Below the pieces are notes generated by a model that worked only from the letters and a program-made list of their open reading frames with translations, made no database searches and had not been told where the DNA came from. Source: Bacillota bacterium (GTDB lineage Bacteria; Bacillota; Clostridia; Christensenellales; SZUA-584). Taken from it: a DNA stretch of 64,000 nucleotides. Location: assembly GCA_023410475.1 (NCBI GenBank), contig JAEYPS010000010.1:4054-68053 (forward strand), read 5' to 3'. Positions 27,645-38,789 of this stretch are shown piece by piece (position 1 is the stretch's first letter; every line of letters starts with the position of its first letter). A program made the position numbers and the translations under genes.

Positions 27645-28751
27645 TTAAAATACGAGCCTCTTTGACTCCATCCCGAACGCCTCCGCCACCTTGTCGTATG
27701 TACACGAGCCGCCGTAGCAGTTTATGCCCTTTTTAAACCCGGGGTCTTCTAGCGCGAGCCGCTCTGGGCCTTTGTCCGCAATCATAAGGCCGTACGGAAG
27801 CGTCGTGTTTGTGAGCGCTATTGTGGACGTTCTGGGGACGGCGCCCGGCATATTGGCCACGCAGTAATGAACTACGCCGTCTACGGTATAGACTGGGTCG
27901 TTGTGGTATGTGGGCTTTGTAGTCTCAAAACAGCCGCCCTGATCGACCGCGACGTCTACGATGACCGAGCCGGGTATCATGCTCTTTAAATATTCCCTTT
28001 TGACGAGCTTTGGCGCGCTCGCGCCGTGTATCAGCACCGCGCCGATAACGAGGTCCGCGGTCGATATCTCGTTTCTGATAACCTGGGGCGTGGAGTAAAG
28101 CGTCTTTATCCTGCCGTCGTAAAGGTCGTCCATGTATCGCAGGCGATCCATGTTGATATCTGTTATCGTGACATCGGCGCCCAGCCCTACCGCCATCTTG
28201 CAGGCGTTCTTTCCGACTATCCCGGCGCCCAGGATAACGACCTTCGCGTTGCCAACGCCCGGCACTCCGCCCAAGAGCACGCCTCTTCCGCCGAACGGCT
28301 TTTCTAAGTATTTCGCGCCCTCCTGAATTGAGAGCCGCCCCGCTATCTCGCTCATCGGGCGAAGCAGCGGCAGATCGCCCGCGCTGTCCTCTATAGTCTC
28401 ATAAGCGACGCCCGTGCAGCCGCTGCCGACGACGGCAAGTGTCAGCTCTCTGCTGGCCGCGAGGTGAAGGTATGTAAACAGTATCTGGCCGCTGCGTATA
28501 AGGCCGTATTCGGGAGGCAGAGGCTCTTTCACCTTTATTATCATGTCGCAGCATTTCCAGACGTCTTGCGCGTTATCAATAATAGCCGCGCCCGCCGCTT
28601 TGTACTCGTCGTCCGAAAACCCCGAGCCCTCGCCTGCCGACGATTCGATAAAGACGCTGTGGCCGTGAGATACGTATTCGGTGACGTTGCTTGGCGTAAG
28701 CCCCACGCGGAACTCAAATGCTTTTATTTCCCTGACGCAGCCTATTTTCAT
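27645..28751 (-). CDS. ald: Alanine dehydrogenase
   Basis: REIKAFEFRVGLTP N-terminus and NAD-binding VVILGAGIVGKNA. The 368-aa length is typical. Confidence 0.95.
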   Translation of the reverse strand: MKIGCVREIKAFEFRVGLTPSNVTEYVSHGHSVFIESSAGEGSGFSDDEYKAAGAAIIDNAQDVWKCCDMIIKVKEPLPPEYGLIRSGQILFTYLHLAASRELTLAVVGSGCTGVAYETIEDSAGDLPLLRPMSEIAGRLSIQEGAKYLEKPFGGRGVLLGGVPGVGNAKVVILGAGIVGKNACKMAVGLGADVTITDINMDRLRYMDDLYDGRIKTLYSTPQVIRNEISTADLVIGAVLIHGASAPKLVKREYLKSMIPGSVIVDVAVDQGGCFETTKPTYHNDPVYTVDGVVHYCVANMPGAVPRTSTIALTNTTLPYGLMIADKGPERLALEDPGFKKGINCYGGSCTYDKVAEAFGMESKRLVF

Positions 28752-29037
28752 AGAGGATTACCTTTCACATTTTATATTAATGTTTTTGGCGATTTGATTT
28801 ATATAATTATTATATGCGATTTTACACATTTGTCGATTTTGGTTAAAGGCGGATAAAGCAAACGGCATTATGTATGCGCGGGTATGGATGAGTATGCGGG
28901 TTTTTGCCTTATTTTGTTCCTTGCATACGGGAGGTGGGATATACAAAACGTAAGAAATATGCTACTATTATCAATGAAAGCATATATTTAACATCAACGA
29001 TCCGAACCATAACACTATGATTTATAGAGGTATGTCT

Positions 29038-30852
29038 ATGAAAAAATGTTTTCTTTTTATCCTCACATTGGCTGTAGCACTGTCGCTTTTTCCGTTATCG
29101 GCCGGCGCGAACGACTCTATGATAGTCGGGGGCACGGGCGGAACGGTATACGCTATATCAAACTCTGATGTGGAGATGGAAGAGGAGATAATAGACATAC
29201 TCGTAAAGGACGGCAAAACTTACGTTACATGCCGGTTTTTCTTTCATAACACCGGGGAGAAGACGACGCTGATGATGGGCTTTCCTACTGAATATTATGA
29301 CTATGCGGATGAAGAGACAGAGGGTGATGATGAATATATTGACGACGAGGACTTTGACGGGCCTGAGGACGAATATATAACCGCCCTCAACGGGTTCAGG
29401 ACATATGTGCGCGGCAAAAGAGTGCCCGTAAAGGTAAAGAGCGGTCTAAAACCCGAGGGCAATAACATAGACGAGCTGTATTTCCCGCAGTGGTATACGT
29501 GGAAGGTGACGTTTGATAAGGGCGAGAGAGTTAAAGTGGTAAACAAGTACTGGGCGGTAAACTCCGGCGGCAGTGCTCATGACTGGGAAGACATAAACTA
29601 CATACTCAGGAGCGGCTCTACATGGAAAGGCGCTATCGGCAAAGTGACCGTGAGGATGAGAATGAGGGGATATGACCCGTCAGGCGTCAGTTTTGAAGAA
29701 TGGCAGCCCTCGTATATAGAGAAAGACGGCACTGTCGTCTGGAAAGCCGAAAACCTGAAGCCGCAGCAAGATATTAAAGTGTATTATGATGACGACCATA
29801 ATTTTTGGTATGGGATTCAAAACCCGTTTGACACACAAGACAGTGATGACGCTATGTATCAAGCTTATGAGCGCATGGGAGAAAGGATGCTGCGAAACTT
29901 TAAGGCAAGGAAATACAACGGAACTACATGGTGGGGCAACAAGTTTTTACGAAAATTCGGCGATATGCAATCGGAGCAGTTCTATTACTTGATGGGCGTC
30001 AGCTATTATAAGCTCGGCAGGTATGAAAAAGCGCTGGGGATGCTGGAGAAGGTCAAGGACCCGGAGGCTTCGTTTTACGACTCGAGTTATTACTACAAAG
30101 CAAGGGCATACAGTAAGATTGGAGATAAAGCAGCGTATATCAGCTGCGTCGAATATCTTAACAAAAGTAAATATGAGTGGCTGAAACTGTGGGCACAGTC
30201 GAGACTCAATGATATAACCTTAAACGGCACAAGAGTAGTTGATTCTTCATACTTGCCCAAGGAGTTTCCGGAGAAATACAAGATAAACAACGAAGACAGC
30301 GCCGAGACCCTGATAACACGTGAATATTCCCTGCACGAGCTTACCGATTATTTCGGTATGGACGCGCATTCCGAAGGAGGATACCATACTTTTCTGCAGA
30401 ATACTCAAAATATAGACAATGTTGACAAGAAGTTTAAAATCGAATGCACGAGGCATGACGACGGATGGCATTATACCGTATATAAGGTCAAGGAGGGCGG
30501 CAGATATTTTGTTGGATGGGGGCGAAGCTCACTTGGAAGCTTTATTGTATTTGATACAATCTATATAAATAAAATTATGAATATAAAGGATTTCAGCAGT
30601 TTACAGCCCGGAAAGAGTACATATGGCGATGTAATCGACATCGACTTATCTACCGAATTAGACCTGAAAAGGAGCTGCGGTATTTTCTCGTATAATCTAT
30701 TAAACGACGGCAGTATACTTGAAATCGCTTACACAAAGACAGGAAACGAGTGTTACGAAGATAATCTTATTATCGAGTCGATTGAAGTTGAAGAACCTGA
30801 CTATAGGCCCGGACTATTGGGAGGAATCTTTAAACAAGACCTTGTGTTTTAA
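29038..30852 (+). CDS. Secreted hypothetical protein (signal peptide, acidic D/E stretch, TPR-like middle; N-terminus possibly DUF4424-like)
   Basis: MKKCFLFILTLAVALSLFPLSAGA signal peptide. GC is lower than neighbours. Confidence 0.6.
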   Translation: MKKCFLFILTLAVALSLFPLSAGANDSMIVGGTGGTVYAISNSDVEMEEEIIDILVKDGKTYVTCRFFFHNTGEKTTLMMGFPTEYYDYADEETEGDDEYIDDEDFDGPEDEYITALNGFRTYVRGKRVPVKVKSGLKPEGNNIDELYFPQWYTWKVTFDKGERVKVVNKYWAVNSGGSAHDWEDINYILRSGSTWKGAIGKVTVRMRMRGYDPSGVSFEEWQPSYIEKDGTVVWKAENLKPQQDIKVYYDDDHNFWYGIQNPFDTQDSDDAMYQAYERMGERMLRNFKARKYNGTTWWGNKFLRKFGDMQSEQFYYLMGVSYYKLGRYEKALGMLEKVKDPEASFYDSSYYYKARAYSKIGDKAAYISCVEYLNKSKYEWLKLWAQSRLNDITLNGTRVVDSSYLPKEFPEKYKINNEDSAETLITREYSLHELTDYFGMDAHSEGGYHTFLQNTQNIDNVDKKFKIECTRHDDGWHYTVYKVKEGGRYFVGWGRSSLGSFIVFDTIYINKIMNIKDFSSLQPGKSTYGDVIDIDLSTELDLKRSCGIFSYNLLNDGSILEIAYTKTGNECYEDNLIIESIEVEEPDYRPGLLGGIFKQDLVF

Positions 30853-30906
30853 TAAAAAGCTATGTCGGGCGCAGTCTAGGCTCATGGACATGGAGGCGGT
30901 TAATAG

Positions 30907-31629
30907 TTGAGCGATACACTATTCAATAAAATAAAAAAACTTACGGAAGACTTGCAGATAGATTATACGGGCGTCGCTGACCTCACAATCGCAAGGGATT
31001 TTATACTGACACATGGAGGAGAGCGGGTCGCGAGATACCCTTTTTGCGTGAGCCTTGGTATCGCGCTTCCCAATTCAATAGTTGATATGCTGCCGGAGCG
31101 CGAAGAGTATTCGGTAAGGATGAGCTACAGCATGCATGCATACAAATTCATTAACAGGCGGCTTGATGAAGCCGCGTCGAGAGTCGCGAGCTTTATACAG
31201 AAAGAGGGATTTAGTGCGCTGCCCATTCCGGCGGCGGAGTACGCCAATGACGGCAAACTGTATGCGGTATTTTCGCACAAGCTGGGTGCACATCTAGCGG
31301 GGCATGGGTGGATAGGAAAAAGCTGCCTGCTGGTGACGAAGGAGCACGGGCCGAGGGTGAGGTTCGTATCCGTGCTGACCGACGCACCGCTAAAAGCAAC
31401 GGGGAAAGCGATGGAACAGCGGTGCGCAGATTGTATGGAATGTGTCAATATATGCCCTGCCGGCGCGTTTACCGGAAGGAATTTTAGGGAGGACGAGCCG
31501 AGGGAAAGCCGCTACTACGCGCATAAATGCGACGAGTATTTTGACTTGATGGAAGCGGAAGGAAAGCTGGGAATATGCGGTATGTGCCTGTATGTCTGCC
31601 CGTACGGGAGGAAAGGATATAGGGGTTAA
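30907..31629 (+). CDS. QueG-like / reductive-dehalogenase-related 4Fe-4S protein (short form)
   Basis: TTG start. Two ferredoxin-type cluster motifs: CADCMECVNICP and CGMCLYVCP. Confidence 0.55.
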   Translation: MSDTLFNKIKKLTEDLQIDYTGVADLTIARDFILTHGGERVARYPFCVSLGIALPNSIVDMLPEREEYSVRMSYSMHAYKFINRRLDEAASRVASFIQKEGFSALPIPAAEYANDGKLYAVFSHKLGAHLAGHGWIGKSCLLVTKEHGPRVRFVSVLTDAPLKATGKAMEQRCADCMECVNICPAGAFTGRNFREDEPRESRYYAHKCDEYFDLMEAEGKLGICGMCLYVCPYGRKGYRG

Positions 31630-31940
31630 GTATGAATTTCTTATAAACATAGTTATCACATTATAGGGAGGAAATATGAAAAGTGGGGCTTTAAGCGGGC
31701 AAATCGAATGGCTTGATCAGAATACCATCCAAATCTATGGCGAAAAGATGGACGTGTTTAAAGACCCTGTTCTTGAAAGATATGTTCCTTTCTAAGAATA
31801 TCGCGGCAGGCGTGGGCTGTGGGATGGTAACGGGCCGGGTTCTGCATTATGCAAAGAGCAAGTTTTATGATGTTAGTTTGTGGTTATATAATAACAATAT
31901 GGACAATCTAAACCAGCATTAATATTGTGGGGGTATAGGG

Positions 31941-32852
31941 TTGCCAAAGGCATTGAAGATACTCGGAAAATCGGTTTTATGTTTTGCAGGATTGGCGGTT
32001 TTAAGTTGGCTGATATATCTATTATATGATTGGATAGTCTCTATGCCCCTAAAACCATATTTTTTAGGTGTGGCGTATGTGACTATATTCGCATATATAT
32101 TCTGGTTTCTTCTGCCGCTTGCGTATGCGTACCTGCTATTCCGTGTTTTCATAAAAGAGAAATATTGCTATTTGATAATGGTGCTTAACGGTATACTTGT
32201 GATTATACAATTCTATATCATGCTAATGCTGCTTCCAGAATCATATAGTTATATTAATATACAATATGTTTCATTAATTGTTTCAATGGTAGCCGGAATT
32301 CCTGTCATACTGCTTGCTTTGATGTTTAAAAAGCTGAGATCGCCTTGTAAAAAACTGAAACTGCAATGTGATCATAACAGAATCACAAGCGTATTAGGGG
32401 TACTGGCAAGATGCGCGCTCTGCTTTATTGCGTTGATAATCGGAGTATATGGATTTGATTTATTAGCTTCCATACTATACTCGACATTTATGCGCACGAT
32501 CACATTATTCACTATTTTTGAGTATTATGTGGCTTTTATCCGAGATGGTTTATGGCCTTTGATTGCTATCTCATATGCATATATGCTTTATAAAGCAATG
32601 AAAAAATATAGATATCGCTATTTAATTATAGCTATCAATTCCGTGTTTCTTTTGGCTGTTTGGAGCGTAGTAAGTTTTTATGAAGCCGTTTTGCCTATTG
32701 ATAGACTATCTCTGGCCTCCATTTTAGGAAATACTGCGATTATGACGGTCACGCTTGCCTTTATATTCCGCAGAGTAGAGAAGCACAGCAATAGTAATCA
32801 ATTATCATGTCCGATAGGGGATTCTTCGGTCGCTGAAGTTTCTTCAGAATGA
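31941..32852 (+). CDS. Polytopic membrane protein with an internal duplication, unknown function
   Basis: TTG start, low GC. The two halves share LCF..L...PLAYAYLLFRVFIKEKYCYLIMVLN versus LCFIAL...PLIAISYAYMLYKAMKKYRYRYLIIAIN. Confidence 0.6.
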   Translation: MPKALKILGKSVLCFAGLAVLSWLIYLLYDWIVSMPLKPYFLGVAYVTIFAYIFWFLLPLAYAYLLFRVFIKEKYCYLIMVLNGILVIIQFYIMLMLLPESYSYINIQYVSLIVSMVAGIPVILLALMFKKLRSPCKKLKLQCDHNRITSVLGVLARCALCFIALIIGVYGFDLLASILYSTFMRTITLFTIFEYYVAFIRDGLWPLIAISYAYMLYKAMKKYRYRYLIIAINSVFLLAVWSVVSFYEAVLPIDRLSLASILGNTAIMTVTLAFIFRRVEKHSNSNQLSCPIGDSSVAEVSSE

Positions 32853-32914
32853 CAGAAAAAGAGGGCTTAGGCCCCCGTGGTATCATGTCTTACATTGAAT
32901 CTATTATCTTACGC

Positions 32915-33556
32915 TCACGATGACTCCCTAGCCGCAATCATTTCCTTCGTCTTCATCAGGCGCGTCAGGTTCCCGCGCTCGTTCTCGTCGAGCTTCATCT
33001 TTATGTATTTTATAGTCTCCTCAAGCTGAGGGATCATTACGTATTCGAGTGCGTTCACGCGGCGGCGCGTCTTCTCTATCTCGTCGGCGAGCATGTTGCA
33101 CGTCTTTTCGAGCTCGGCTAATTCCACCATCTGGGGAAGTACGCTTGCGAGGCTTGCCGTAGCGCTGTCGAGCTCGGCGGACGTCGCGAGAAGCCCGTAC
33201 GGGAAGAACGCCTGCTCGCGCTTCTTCTCGGTGTACTCAATCTTTGGCACATAGACGCTCATTATGTTCTGCTTTGACAGAGACAGCTCAACCTCCCTCA
33301 CGGGGAACAGAAGCGCTTCGTCGAACGTTTCGCGGGTCATAGCGACTCTCGCCAGCACGAATCCGCCAAGGGCTGCCGAGAGAGCCGTCTCAACCTCCTG
33401 CCTTAGCTCTCTGTTGCGCTTTATAAGCAGCATGAAGCGGCGCACCATCTCGTCGCGCTTGTCTTTCAGCAGCTTGTGGCCCCTGACTGCGACGGTATGG
33501 CGGCGCTTGAGCCTTGTCAGCTCCATGCGCGTGGGGTTTACTCTCATGACAGCCAT
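32915..33556 (-). CDS. ntpD: V-type ATPase subunit D
   Basis: MAVMRVNPTRMELTRLKRR... coiled-coil central stalk protein; last gene of the ntp operon. Confidence 0.93.
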   Translation of the reverse strand: MAVMRVNPTRMELTRLKRRHTVAVRGHKLLKDKRDEMVRRFMLLIKRNRELRQEVETALSAALGGFVLARVAMTRETFDEALLFPVREVELSLSKQNIMSVYVPKIEYTEKKREQAFFPYGLLATSAELDSATASLASVLPQMVELAELEKTCNMLADEIEKTRRRVNALEYVMIPQLEETIKYIKMKLDENERGNLTRLMKTKEMIAARESS

Positions 33557-33558
33557 CG

Positions 33559-34938
33559 TTATTCCCCGTCCTCAGGCAGGTATTTTTCTATATACGCGTC
33601 CTTTATACGCTTGAGCTCGGACTTCGGAAGTATCTTCAAAAGCTTCCAGCCAAGACTTAGCGTTTCTTCTATATCGCGGTTTTTCTCGTAGCCCTGAGAT
33701 ACGTACTCCTTCTCAAAAGCGTCCGAAAACTTGGCGTACAGCTTGTCGACGTCGGACAGCGCCGCCTCGCCGAGTATGACGGATAGCTCCTTCGCTTCCT
33801 TGCCTCTCGCGTAAGCCGCGAACAGCTGGTTCATCGTGTCGGCGTGGTCTTCTCTCGTCTTGCCCTTGCCTATGCCCTTGTCTTTAAGACGCGACAGCGA
33901 CGGCAAAACGTCTATGGGAGGCGTCACGCCCTTGCGATGAAGCTCTCTCGAGAGTATTATCTGTCCTTCCGTTATGTAACCCGTAAGGTCGGGAATGGGA
34001 TGCGTCTTGTCATCCTCGGGCATAGTGAGTATCGGTATCTGCGTTACAGAGCCGTTCTTGCCCTTTATGCGCCCCGCCCGCTCGTACATGGTGGCGAGGT
34101 CGGTGTAGAGGTATCCGGGGTATCCGCGCCTTCCGGGGACTTCCTTTCTAGCCGCGGAGACTTCGCGAAGCGCCTCCGCGTAGTTTGTTATATCCGTTAT
34201 TATGACGAGAACGTGCAGGCCTTTCTCGTACGCGAGATACTCGGCCGCTGTGAGCGCCATTCTCGGTGTCGATATGCGCTCTATAGCAGGGTCGCTCGCG
34301 AGGTTCATGAACAGCACCGCTCTCTCGATAGCGCCCGTGCGCTTAAAGTCGCTTATAAAGAAGTCCGCTTCCTCAAACGTTATGCCCACCGCCGCGAACA
34401 CGACGGCGAACTTCGACTCTCCGCCAAGCACCTTTGCCTGCCTCGCTATCTGCGCGGCGAGCGCCGCGTGCGGCAGGCCCGAGCCCGAGAACACTGGCAG
34501 CTTCTGACCTCTGACGAGCGTGTTAAGCCCGTCTATCGCCGATATGCCCGTCTGTATGAACTCTTCCGGGTAGTCTCTAGCGGTCGGGTTTATAGGCAGC
34601 CCGTTTATATCCATGCGCTTTTCGGGTATGATGGCCGGGCCGCCGTCGATGGGGTCGCCCATGCCGTCGAACACGCGCCCGAGCATGTCGTATGAAACCG
34701 ACAGCTCTATAGACTTGCCGAGGAATCTTGCCTTCGACGTCGCGATCTGAAGCCCCTGAGAGCTTTCAAAAAGCTGAACGAGAGCTTTGTCGCCGTTTAT
34801 CTCAAGCACGCGGCCTCTGCGCACCGCGCCCGACTGCTGTTCTATCTCAACGAGCTCGTTGTATTTTACTCCGCTGACGCCCTCGACGAGCATCAGAGGG
34901 CCCACTACCTCTTTTATCGTGCGGTATTCCTTAAGCAA
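33559..34938 (-). CDS. ntpB: V-type ATPase subunit B
   Basis: 459 aa, non-catalytic A/B fold (FSGSGLPH..., [17 protein letters not shown]). Confidence 0.95.
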   Translation of the reverse strand: MLKEYRTIKEVVGPLMLVEGVSGVKYNELVEIEQQSGAVRRGRVLEINGDKALVQLFESSQGLQIATSKARFLGKSIELSVSYDMLGRVFDGMGDPIDGGPAIIPEKRMDINGLPINPTARDYPEEFIQTGISAIDGLNTLVRGQKLPVFSGSGLPHAALAAQIARQAKVLGGESKFAVVFAAVGITFEEADFFISDFKRTGAIERAVLFMNLASDPAIERISTPRMALTAAEYLAYEKGLHVLVIITDITNYAEALREVSAARKEVPGRRGYPGYLYTDLATMYERAGRIKGKNGSVTQIPILTMPEDDKTHPIPDLTGYITEGQIILSRELHRKGVTPPIDVLPSLSRLKDKGIGKGKTREDHADTMNQLFAAYARGKEAKELSVILGEAALSDVDKLYAKFSDAFEKEYVSQGYEKNRDIEETLSLGWKLLKILPKSELKRIKDAYIEKYLPEDGE

Positions 34939-36706
34939 TGTCTATCCCACCTTCCTCATAGAGCACGGACATCTCATCTTTAAGTTTTCTCTCTATTTGC
35001 GCGTACCTTTCGGCAACGTCGTTTTCTTCGACATATTTCGCGCGGCCTATGTCTTCCCTGACAGAGAGCGTTGATATCTTAGAGAACTCCGCTCCGGCGT
35101 TCAATGCCTTTTCCCCAAGCTCGCCCCACATAAGTATAAGCTTCAGCATACCGTACTGCTTTTCGAGCGACGTGTATGTGTCTATATCGTGGAACGCGTT
35201 CTGGTGCAGATAGTCCTCGCGGATAGAGCGCGCCGTTTCGAGCTTAAGCTTGTCCTTCAGCGACAGAGCGTCGAAGCCTACGAGCCTGACGATCTCGTCG
35301 AGCTCAGCCTCCTCCTGCAGCAGTTGCAGGGCCTTTTGCCGAAGCTGGTTCCACTCGGGAGAAACGTTTTTATCGTACCAGTCTGTAAGCCTGTCGGCAT
35401 ACAGCGAATACGACGTGAGCCAGTCGATAGCGGGGAAGTGGCGGCGATACGCGAGCCCTGCCGACAATCCCCAGAAAACCTTGACTATCCTGAGCGTAGC
35501 CTGCGAAACAGGCTCGGATATGTCTCCGCCCGGAGGAGAGACCGCGCCTATGGCCGATATCGCTCCCGTACGGCCTTCCTTGCCTAGCGCCTTCACGATG
35601 CCTGCGCGCTCGTAGAAGCCCGCGAGCCTTGACGAGAGGTAAGCCGGGTATCCTTCCTCGCCGGGCATCTCCTCGAGACGGCCCGACATCTCACGCAGCG
35701 CCTCCGCCCATCTTGAGGTAGAGTCGGCCATGATGGCCACTTTATATCCCATGTCGCGGAAGTATTCCGCTATCGCTATTCCTGTGTATATAGACGCCTC
35801 TCTTGCGGCGACGGGCATGTCCGACGTGTTCGCGATAAGCACCGTGCGCTTCATCAAAGGCTCGCCGCTGCGTGGGTCTTTGAGCTCGGGGAACTCCATA
35901 AGAACGTCCGTCATCTCGTTGCCGCGCTCTCCGCAGCCAACGTATACAATTATCTCGGCGTCCGCCCACTTCGCGAGCTGGTGCTGCACGACGGTCTTGC
36001 CGCTGCCGAAAGGCCCCGGCACCGCCGCTACACCGCCCTTTGAGATGGGGAACAGCGTGTCTATGACGCGCTGGCCTGTTATCATAGGCTCATACGGGGC
36101 AATCTTTTCCACATACGGCCTGCCCTGCCTGACGGGCCACCGCTGCAGCATGGGAACATCGACAGTTCCGCCCGAAGCGTTCCTTAGCCTCGCTATTGGC
36201 TCAATAATTGTCGCCTCTCCCGAACCCAGCCACTCTATCTTACCGGAGACGCCGCTGGGGACCATTATGTAGTGCTTGACGAGCGTAGTCTCCTGCACAT
36301 ATCCGAGGATATCACCCGCGGTTACGTCTTCGCCGACGCCCGCTGTGGGGATGAATGTCCACTTTTTGTCGTGATCGAGAGCGTTTATCGCTATTCCGCG
36401 CGTTACCCTGTCGCCCTCGGCTTCCTTTATCTTATCGAGCGGGCGCTGTATGCCGTCGAATATAGACGTTATAAGCCCGGGAGCGAGTTCGACCGAAAGC
36501 TGGCTGCCCGTGGGGAAAACAGGCTCTCCCGGCCCAAGGCCGCTTGTCTCCTCATAAACCTGTATGGAGGCCATATCTCCCCGAAGCTCGATGATCTCGC
36601 CTATGAGCCGTTGATCGCTGACCCTGACGACATCGTACATTTCACACATCTGCATGCCTTCTGCGACTATCAAAGGCCCGGAAACCTTGACTATTCTGCC
36701 TTCCAT
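34931..36706 (-). CDS. ntpA: V-type ATPase catalytic subunit A
   Basis: Walker A GPFGSGKT and [21 protein letters not shown] 36706 lies behind GGAAGG. Confidence 0.95.
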   Translation of the reverse strand: MEGRIVKVSGPLIVAEGMQMCEMYDVVRVSDQRLIGEIIELRGDMASIQVYEETSGLGPGEPVFPTGSQLSVELAPGLITSIFDGIQRPLDKIKEAEGDRVTRGIAINALDHDKKWTFIPTAGVGEDVTAGDILGYVQETTLVKHYIMVPSGVSGKIEWLGSGEATIIEPIARLRNASGGTVDVPMLQRWPVRQGRPYVEKIAPYEPMITGQRVIDTLFPISKGGVAAVPGPFGSGKTVVQHQLAKWADAEIIVYVGCGERGNEMTDVLMEFPELKDPRSGEPLMKRTVLIANTSDMPVAAREASIYTGIAIAEYFRDMGYKVAIMADSTSRWAEALREMSGRLEEMPGEEGYPAYLSSRLAGFYERAGIVKALGKEGRTGAISAIGAVSPPGGDISEPVSQATLRIVKVFWGLSAGLAYRRHFPAIDWLTSYSLYADRLTDWYDKNVSPEWNQLRQKALQLLQEEAELDEIVRLVGFDALSLKDKLKLETARSIREDYLHQNAFHDIDTYTSLEKQYGMLKLILMWGELGEKALNAGAEFSKISTLSVREDIGRAKYVEENDVAERYAQIERKLKDEMSVLYEEGGIDIA

Positions 36707-36847
36707 AAACACAACCTTCCTGTCATATTACAATCTTTTATATACGCACTTTGCGCAGGTTCTTCCTAATTGCTGCTTAGTCCTGCATGGGATCCTTCAG
36801 AGCCTTAGGCTCCTCAGGATACCAGCGTTTACCCCGCGCAGCGCCGT

Positions 36848-37165
36848 TTATTCGTTGTCAAAGAATATATCCGTACCTATCGCCTTCTCAACGTTGGCGC
36901 GGATGTTTCTCATCCCAAGGCCCGTCGTACCCCTGTTGCCGGGTATCGGTATTATTGCCGGGTAAGGGGACGTCTTGAATTTGTCTATAGTTTCGGCGGA
37001 AACCTCGGCGGCCTGCTCCGTCACGAATATGATAGCGTAGCCGTCTGCCGCGAGCCGGTTTATGGCTTTCATTACCTCTCCGCCGACCGCGGGATATACG
37101 TCTATCCCCAGAGCCTTGAAACCTATTATGCTGTCAGAGTCGCCTACAACTCCAATCTTGTTCAT
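36848..37165 (-). CDS. ntpF: V-type ATPase subunit F
   Basis: 105 aa, MNKIGVVGDSDSIIGFKALGI... typical subunit F. Confidence 0.85.
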   Translation of the reverse strand: MNKIGVVGDSDSIIGFKALGIDVYPAVGGEVMKAINRLAADGYAIIFVTEQAAEVSAETIDKFKTSPYPAIIPIPGNRGTTGLGMRNIRANVEKAIGTDIFFDNE

Positions 37166-37174
37166 GAATACCTC

Positions 37175-38167
37175 TTAGAATATGTTTTTGAGCCGCATTG
37201 ACACGACCTGTGAGTCTATGCCGCCCTGCTTTGCCGTCATTACCATGCGCACGGCCTCGGCCTCGCGCTGCTTCGCGATGTAGTAGCACATAAGAGGCCC
37301 TATAGAAAATATGTCGTGCCTGTGCTCTTTAAGCAGCGAGAGCAGATAATCGTCGCGCGCCTTTTCGAGCATATACAGGCTCTTCGTCTTGTGGTAATCC
37401 TCAATCGCGCCCGCCAGTATGCCTGCGTAATCACCCTTAACGACCGCCTGCAAAACGCTGTCGTCGGATAGCTCGAACGCGTCGAGGAACGCTTTTTTCT
37501 CTATCCTGCCGCCCTCGAGATACGCGCCGTCGAAAGACTCCCTGCCGTAAAACGCGCGAGTTCGCATAAACGCTATTATGTTGGTCAAGTCGAACATCGC
37601 CGTATAGTAATTTCGGACGAGCTCGTCGCCCATTTCCCCGACAAGCCCGCTTACCTCTTTTGAGTAAGCGCGGTCGAGCGTCACGCCGATGATCGAAACG
37701 TCAGCCGAAACCGCGAACTGCCTGTCTATATGCTTCAAAGCTTCTTTCATGTTTTCGGGCAGGTCGTAATAGTTGTTGTCGTTTATTGCGCGTCGGAGCG
37801 TTTCCACGCTTATATTTCCGGGGAAAAGTGTTTCATCCTCAAGGCTCTTGTCGAGCATGAACAGCTTTATCAGCACCTTTAGGTTGTGATAATCCTTCGC
37901 CGCGCGCATGATCTTTATAAAAACATCGCTTGGAGAAGCGGCTTCCATAAACTCATCCGCGTCCGACAGCTCGTTGTGAATAAGCTGCTCGAACGACGCG
38001 CCGGAGCCGCTCGGCTGTCCGTAGCCCGTCTCTATAAGAACGCGCATCGCCTCTTCATAGTTTTTTGCTTCGATTATCCTCGTGAGCTTATCCTGAGTCA
38101 AAAGCCCCGCTTCCATCGACTTGACGCGGGCGGAAGCATAAGGATAGCTGCTGTTTGTTTCAGACAT
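37175..38167 (-). CDS. ntpC: V-type ATPase subunit C (d)
   Basis: 330-aa helical protein in the expected operon position. Confidence 0.85.
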   Translation of the reverse strand: MSETNSSYPYASARVKSMEAGLLTQDKLTRIIEAKNYEEAMRVLIETGYGQPSGSGASFEQLIHNELSDADEFMEAASPSDVFIKIMRAAKDYHNLKVLIKLFMLDKSLEDETLFPGNISVETLRRAINDNNYYDLPENMKEALKHIDRQFAVSADVSIIGVTLDRAYSKEVSGLVGEMGDELVRNYYTAMFDLTNIIAFMRTRAFYGRESFDGAYLEGGRIEKKAFLDAFELSDDSVLQAVVKGDYAGILAGAIEDYHKTKSLYMLEKARDDYLLSLLKEHRHDIFSIGPLMCYYIAKQREAEAVRMVMTAKQGGIDSQVVSMRLKNIF

Positions 38168-38176
38168 AAAACACCT

Positions 38177-38776
38177 TTATTTTTGATCGAACAGTAGCGC
38201 CGCGACCTCTGTTTCGGCTTCCTGCCACGACTCACTCAAAAGCGACTCCAGAGACATGTTTATCTCCATACCTGCGCTGATGTACACAAAGCCGCCCGAG
38301 ATATCACGCGAGTCGGCAAACGTTATCTCGCCCCTGCCTGCTTTTCTTTTAAGCTCACTGTTGACGTCGGCGAGGAAAGCGTCGCCTAACCGCTTCTCGT
38401 TTTCGGATACCGCTATGCTGCCTTCGCCGGATGCCGCGCAGATTATCAGCTTTTTCTTCATCAGCGTCACATATTCGGCGTCGCTTATAGCAAGCAGCTT
38501 TTCGAGCGCTAGCGATTTGGCCTTTGCCATCATCTCCTGCTTTGCCGCTAGAAGCTGTTTTCTGTTTTCAAGGTCGTAGACGGCCGCAAGCCGCCTCTTT
38601 TTCTCTGCGATGGCGTCTTCGGCGTCTTTTTCTATCTGCGCTTTCTGCCTGTCTATATCGCGCTGCATCTCTTCGTGCATCAGCTTCTTTTTGTCTTCGG
38701 CCTCGCGCCAAATCCTCTCGGCGTCACTCTGCGCTTCGCCGAGTATCTTTTCTATGAGTTTCTCCGCTCCAGCCAT
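38177..38776 (-). CDS. ntpE: V-type ATPase subunit E
   Basis: 199 aa with a long charged N-terminal helix (peripheral stalk). Confidence 0.8.
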   Translation of the reverse strand: MAGAEKLIEKILGEAQSDAERIWREAEDKKKLMHEEMQRDIDRQKAQIEKDAEDAIAEKKRRLAAVYDLENRKQLLAAKQEMMAKAKSLALEKLLAISDAEYVTLMKKKLIICAASGEGSIAVSENEKRLGDAFLADVNSELKRKAGRGEITFADSRDISGGFVYISAGMEINMSLESLLSESWQEAETEVAALLFDQK

Positions 38777-38789
38777 CTATGCCACGTCC

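Noticed and set aside
28752-29016. Searched the ald/29038 divergent spacer for a sigma54 (-24/-12) promoter or operator palindromes.
   Set aside because: No TGGCAC-N5-TTGC spacing and no convincing inverted repeat were found.
33844-34695. Long antisense or alternative-frame ORFs occur inside ntpB, ntpA, ntpI, ispDF, TetR-2, leuS and other genes (for example 33844-34695, 35730-36272, 39332-40063, 54924-55733 and 21952-22800).
   Set aside because: These are shadow ORFs typical of GC-rich coding DNA. They have Arg/Ser/Ala-rich low-complexity translations and no RBS, and they overlap confidently assigned genes.
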